Source: Heptranchias perlo (Eukaryota). Taken from it: DNA of 64,000 nt. A program made the translations under genes and the position numbers. Under the pieces are notes generated by a model, which worked only from the letters and a program-made list of their open reading frames with translations, had not been told where the DNA came from and searched no databases. The stretch is taken from the NCBI RefSeq assembly GCF_035084215.1, contig NC_090332.1:29016001-29080000 (forward strand), given 5' to 3'. Below are positions 61,626 to 64,000 of the stretch, piece after piece; position 1 is the stretch's first letter, and each line of letters starts with the position of its first letter.

Positions 61626-62879
61626 TTGGATATTGATATAAGCAAAACAAAATTAACTGTCAGTGAAAGAATCTAGAAAGCAAGCAATTTCTAATTTTAT
61701 CGAAGTTACTGAACTCTTTTTGTGATAAAGAAATCTTCACCGAAAAATCGAATTATGTGTTGCTGTAATACTTGGATGTCCATAAGAGTGCAGTACTAGC
61801 TTGCAAATGGGGTAGTAAGCTTTTTTTTTAAACCTTGGTGTAATTCTGCTTTTCAAACCTTTTTTATTTGATAACTCTTAAGCTGTAATGGAAAGATTCC
61901 CCTCCTCAACTCTATAAGTATTAATTTGTTAACATAAATTTGTTACGTGTTTATTTAAAAATGAAGACTGGTACAAAACTCTTTGATTTGCAAACTAATT
62001 ATTTTAATCTATTAATTTGTAATGTATTAATAGTTTTATCCTGAATGTTTGTGTTGAGCCTCGCAAGTGATGCATGTTGGTGATTCATTCTAAATCTGAA
62101 TTGTAAATGAGCAGAGAAAATCTTCTGCTGGTGACTCAGCTTGTGCTTTTAAAGTTTAGAGCCAATAAAACAGCCCTAGGGTTAATGAATGCATTCTGTA
62201 GAAATTGCAGCTCTTACCTACCTTGTTTTTACTATGTTATTGCACCAGCATGAGAAAGATCAATATGGTGTTCTTTCTGGCCCTTTGAGTAATATTTGTG
62301 CATCAAAAATAAAACAAGATTAAATCTTTTTATTTATTTCATAAGAATGCTTTATGGTTGAATACATTTGTGTAATTCCCTTTTATATTTTTCATATTAT
62401 AAGTTGTAAAGGAAATCACTCTTGCAGATACTTTCTGACAGAAAAGATGGGTGTATATTGAAAGCTGAAAGGCTCTTTCATTACTCAGAACTCAAACCTA
62501 TTCAGTCACTTTGTTCCTAGCCTCTGAACATTTTCACTTCATCTCTGGTGTGTTTACCTATGGAGATTGCCTCCTCAGAAGTAATGAGAAGGTTTAGGGT
62601 TACTAAGGGAAAACCACCATGGATCAAACATTAGGGATACACAGTCATATATTTTAAATAAAAGTTTGGCACCTCATTTCTCATGTATGTTTTAGTAATA
62701 TATAAATTGTGTAGTGCCCTCACCAGCTGCATGAAAGGTGTTCTCTGTCATGCAGGTTATTTTGACATTAAGTTCATGATTATGTGGCTATTCCATATAA
62801 CTCAAGATAATTACAAAGTATTTTACTAAGCACCAAGATGATTAACATCATTAAACATCACAAAAAGGACAGCTTCTTC

Positions 62880-63130
62880 ACTTTAAAGCCCTGAAAGGCA
62901 TGGATGATGGATGTGGGCTATTTGACTTAGACTATGAGCATAGAACTAGAGGATGCAGGTTTAAATGAGACTAAAGATTAGAAGAAACTCTTTTTAATCA
63001 TAAAGTAATGGATATGTGGAACAGACTCCAGGCAAAAGCAGCTGGGGCAGAAATGATTAGTCCTTTAAAAGGAAAATGGATAACTATCTGGGTTGGAACT
63101 GAGCTGGTTATAGGTACAACCTGAGATAAT
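62880..63130 (+). mobile_element. Old CR1 3' fragment
   Basis: agaactagagga...tttaaa...gtaatggatatgtggaacagactcca..gcagaaatgattag.tcctttaaaaggaaaatggataacta. Confidence 0.6.
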
Positions 63131-63649
63131 CAAATATTCCATAGCACACAATGGCCCAGATTTTCCAAGCTTTGCCTGCCCATTTTCATGTGGATTTTGA
63201 GTGGGTGAGTCTGGGAAATATAACAGAGAGTTGTTCTGAAGAATTTCAACCAAATGCAATGTCAGATGCTGAATACAGCTGACCATATTTGTGTGGGTGT
63301 ATTTAAATTAAATGTTAATGACAGAAATGAATCATTTGATATATATTTGCCTGATATACTTTCCTCAATGTCACCCTTTTTGTCCACATTACTCTTACCT
63401 AAACAGGTATAGCTATTGGACACATCCATCTCCACATATCAGCCCATCTACCCTCACCAGTCACTTCCTGCCCTGTCTGCCGATAGTCACCCAGTCTCCC
63501 TTACCAGCTTCCCTACTCCTAGCAACATGGAGGGTGACCGCCATCTGGCATGTCTGCTCTAGAAACCTTCTCCCTCAAGAATGTTGTGAACTGTGTCCAG
63601 CTGACTCTCAAGCTGTGCACCTTTCTGCTCGAGGAGTGCAACCTTTGTA

Positions 63650-63735
63650 TAAACATCGGCCAGGAAATTTGGAGAACTCCAATTGCTTTTCTTCGGATAG
63701 TGCCATGGGATCTTTTTAGGTCCACCTGAGAGCAT
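63650..63735 (-). mobile_element. Deu-domain SINE core fragment
   Basis: ggagaactcc..tgcttttcttcggatagtgccatgggatctttt..gtccacctgagagca. Confidence 0.65.
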
Positions 63736-64000
63736 AAGGGGAGCAAGGCAAAGTGAAGTAGAAGAGCACCCCCTAACTCAGGGCTACCCTTGTCCTGTTA
63801 TCCTTTCTCCCCCAGCTTACTGACTGGCGGATTGACTCACTCACATTCATTCGTTCACCTTTCTACAGTCATGCACTCAAGCACAACACCATGTCATATA
63901 CTGCCATGTAAGCTATTTCAAGGAGTGTTTTGCAGACAGCATTCTAATAGATATTCCTCTTCGGTTTCTATGGGAGTTGTCCAAGAATGAGCCAGAACTT

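Overview
Non-genic-looking vertebrate DNA, most likely cartilaginous fish (shark/ray), judged from the repeat repertoire. No intact host protein-coding gene, rRNA, tRNA or CRISPR array is recognisable; most ORF-track entries are noise or transposon fragments. The window is dominated by mobile elements: (i) CR1- and L2-clade LINE fragments, LF-SINE-like and Deu-domain SINEs, two Penelope-like ends (one with a decayed hammerhead core) and one solo LTR; (ii) a dense PIF/Harbinger population, with decayed two-gene elements (HARBI1-like DDE transposase plus spliced Myb/SANT-like partner), two copies of a doubly deleted ~2 kb mini-Harbinger, and many MITEs with GG(G)nnnATTTT-type termini. The most unexpected signal is a module shared by otherwise dissimilar Harbinger-type non-autonomous elements: a 5' splice-donor consensus followed ~15-25 nt later by a ~50 nt hairpin, usually with a GGAG loop, whose stem sequence varies while pairing is kept. 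In one family the donor is itself base-paired to a U1-like CTTACCTG. All calls are by eye; boundaries of old elements are approximate and family names are provisional.
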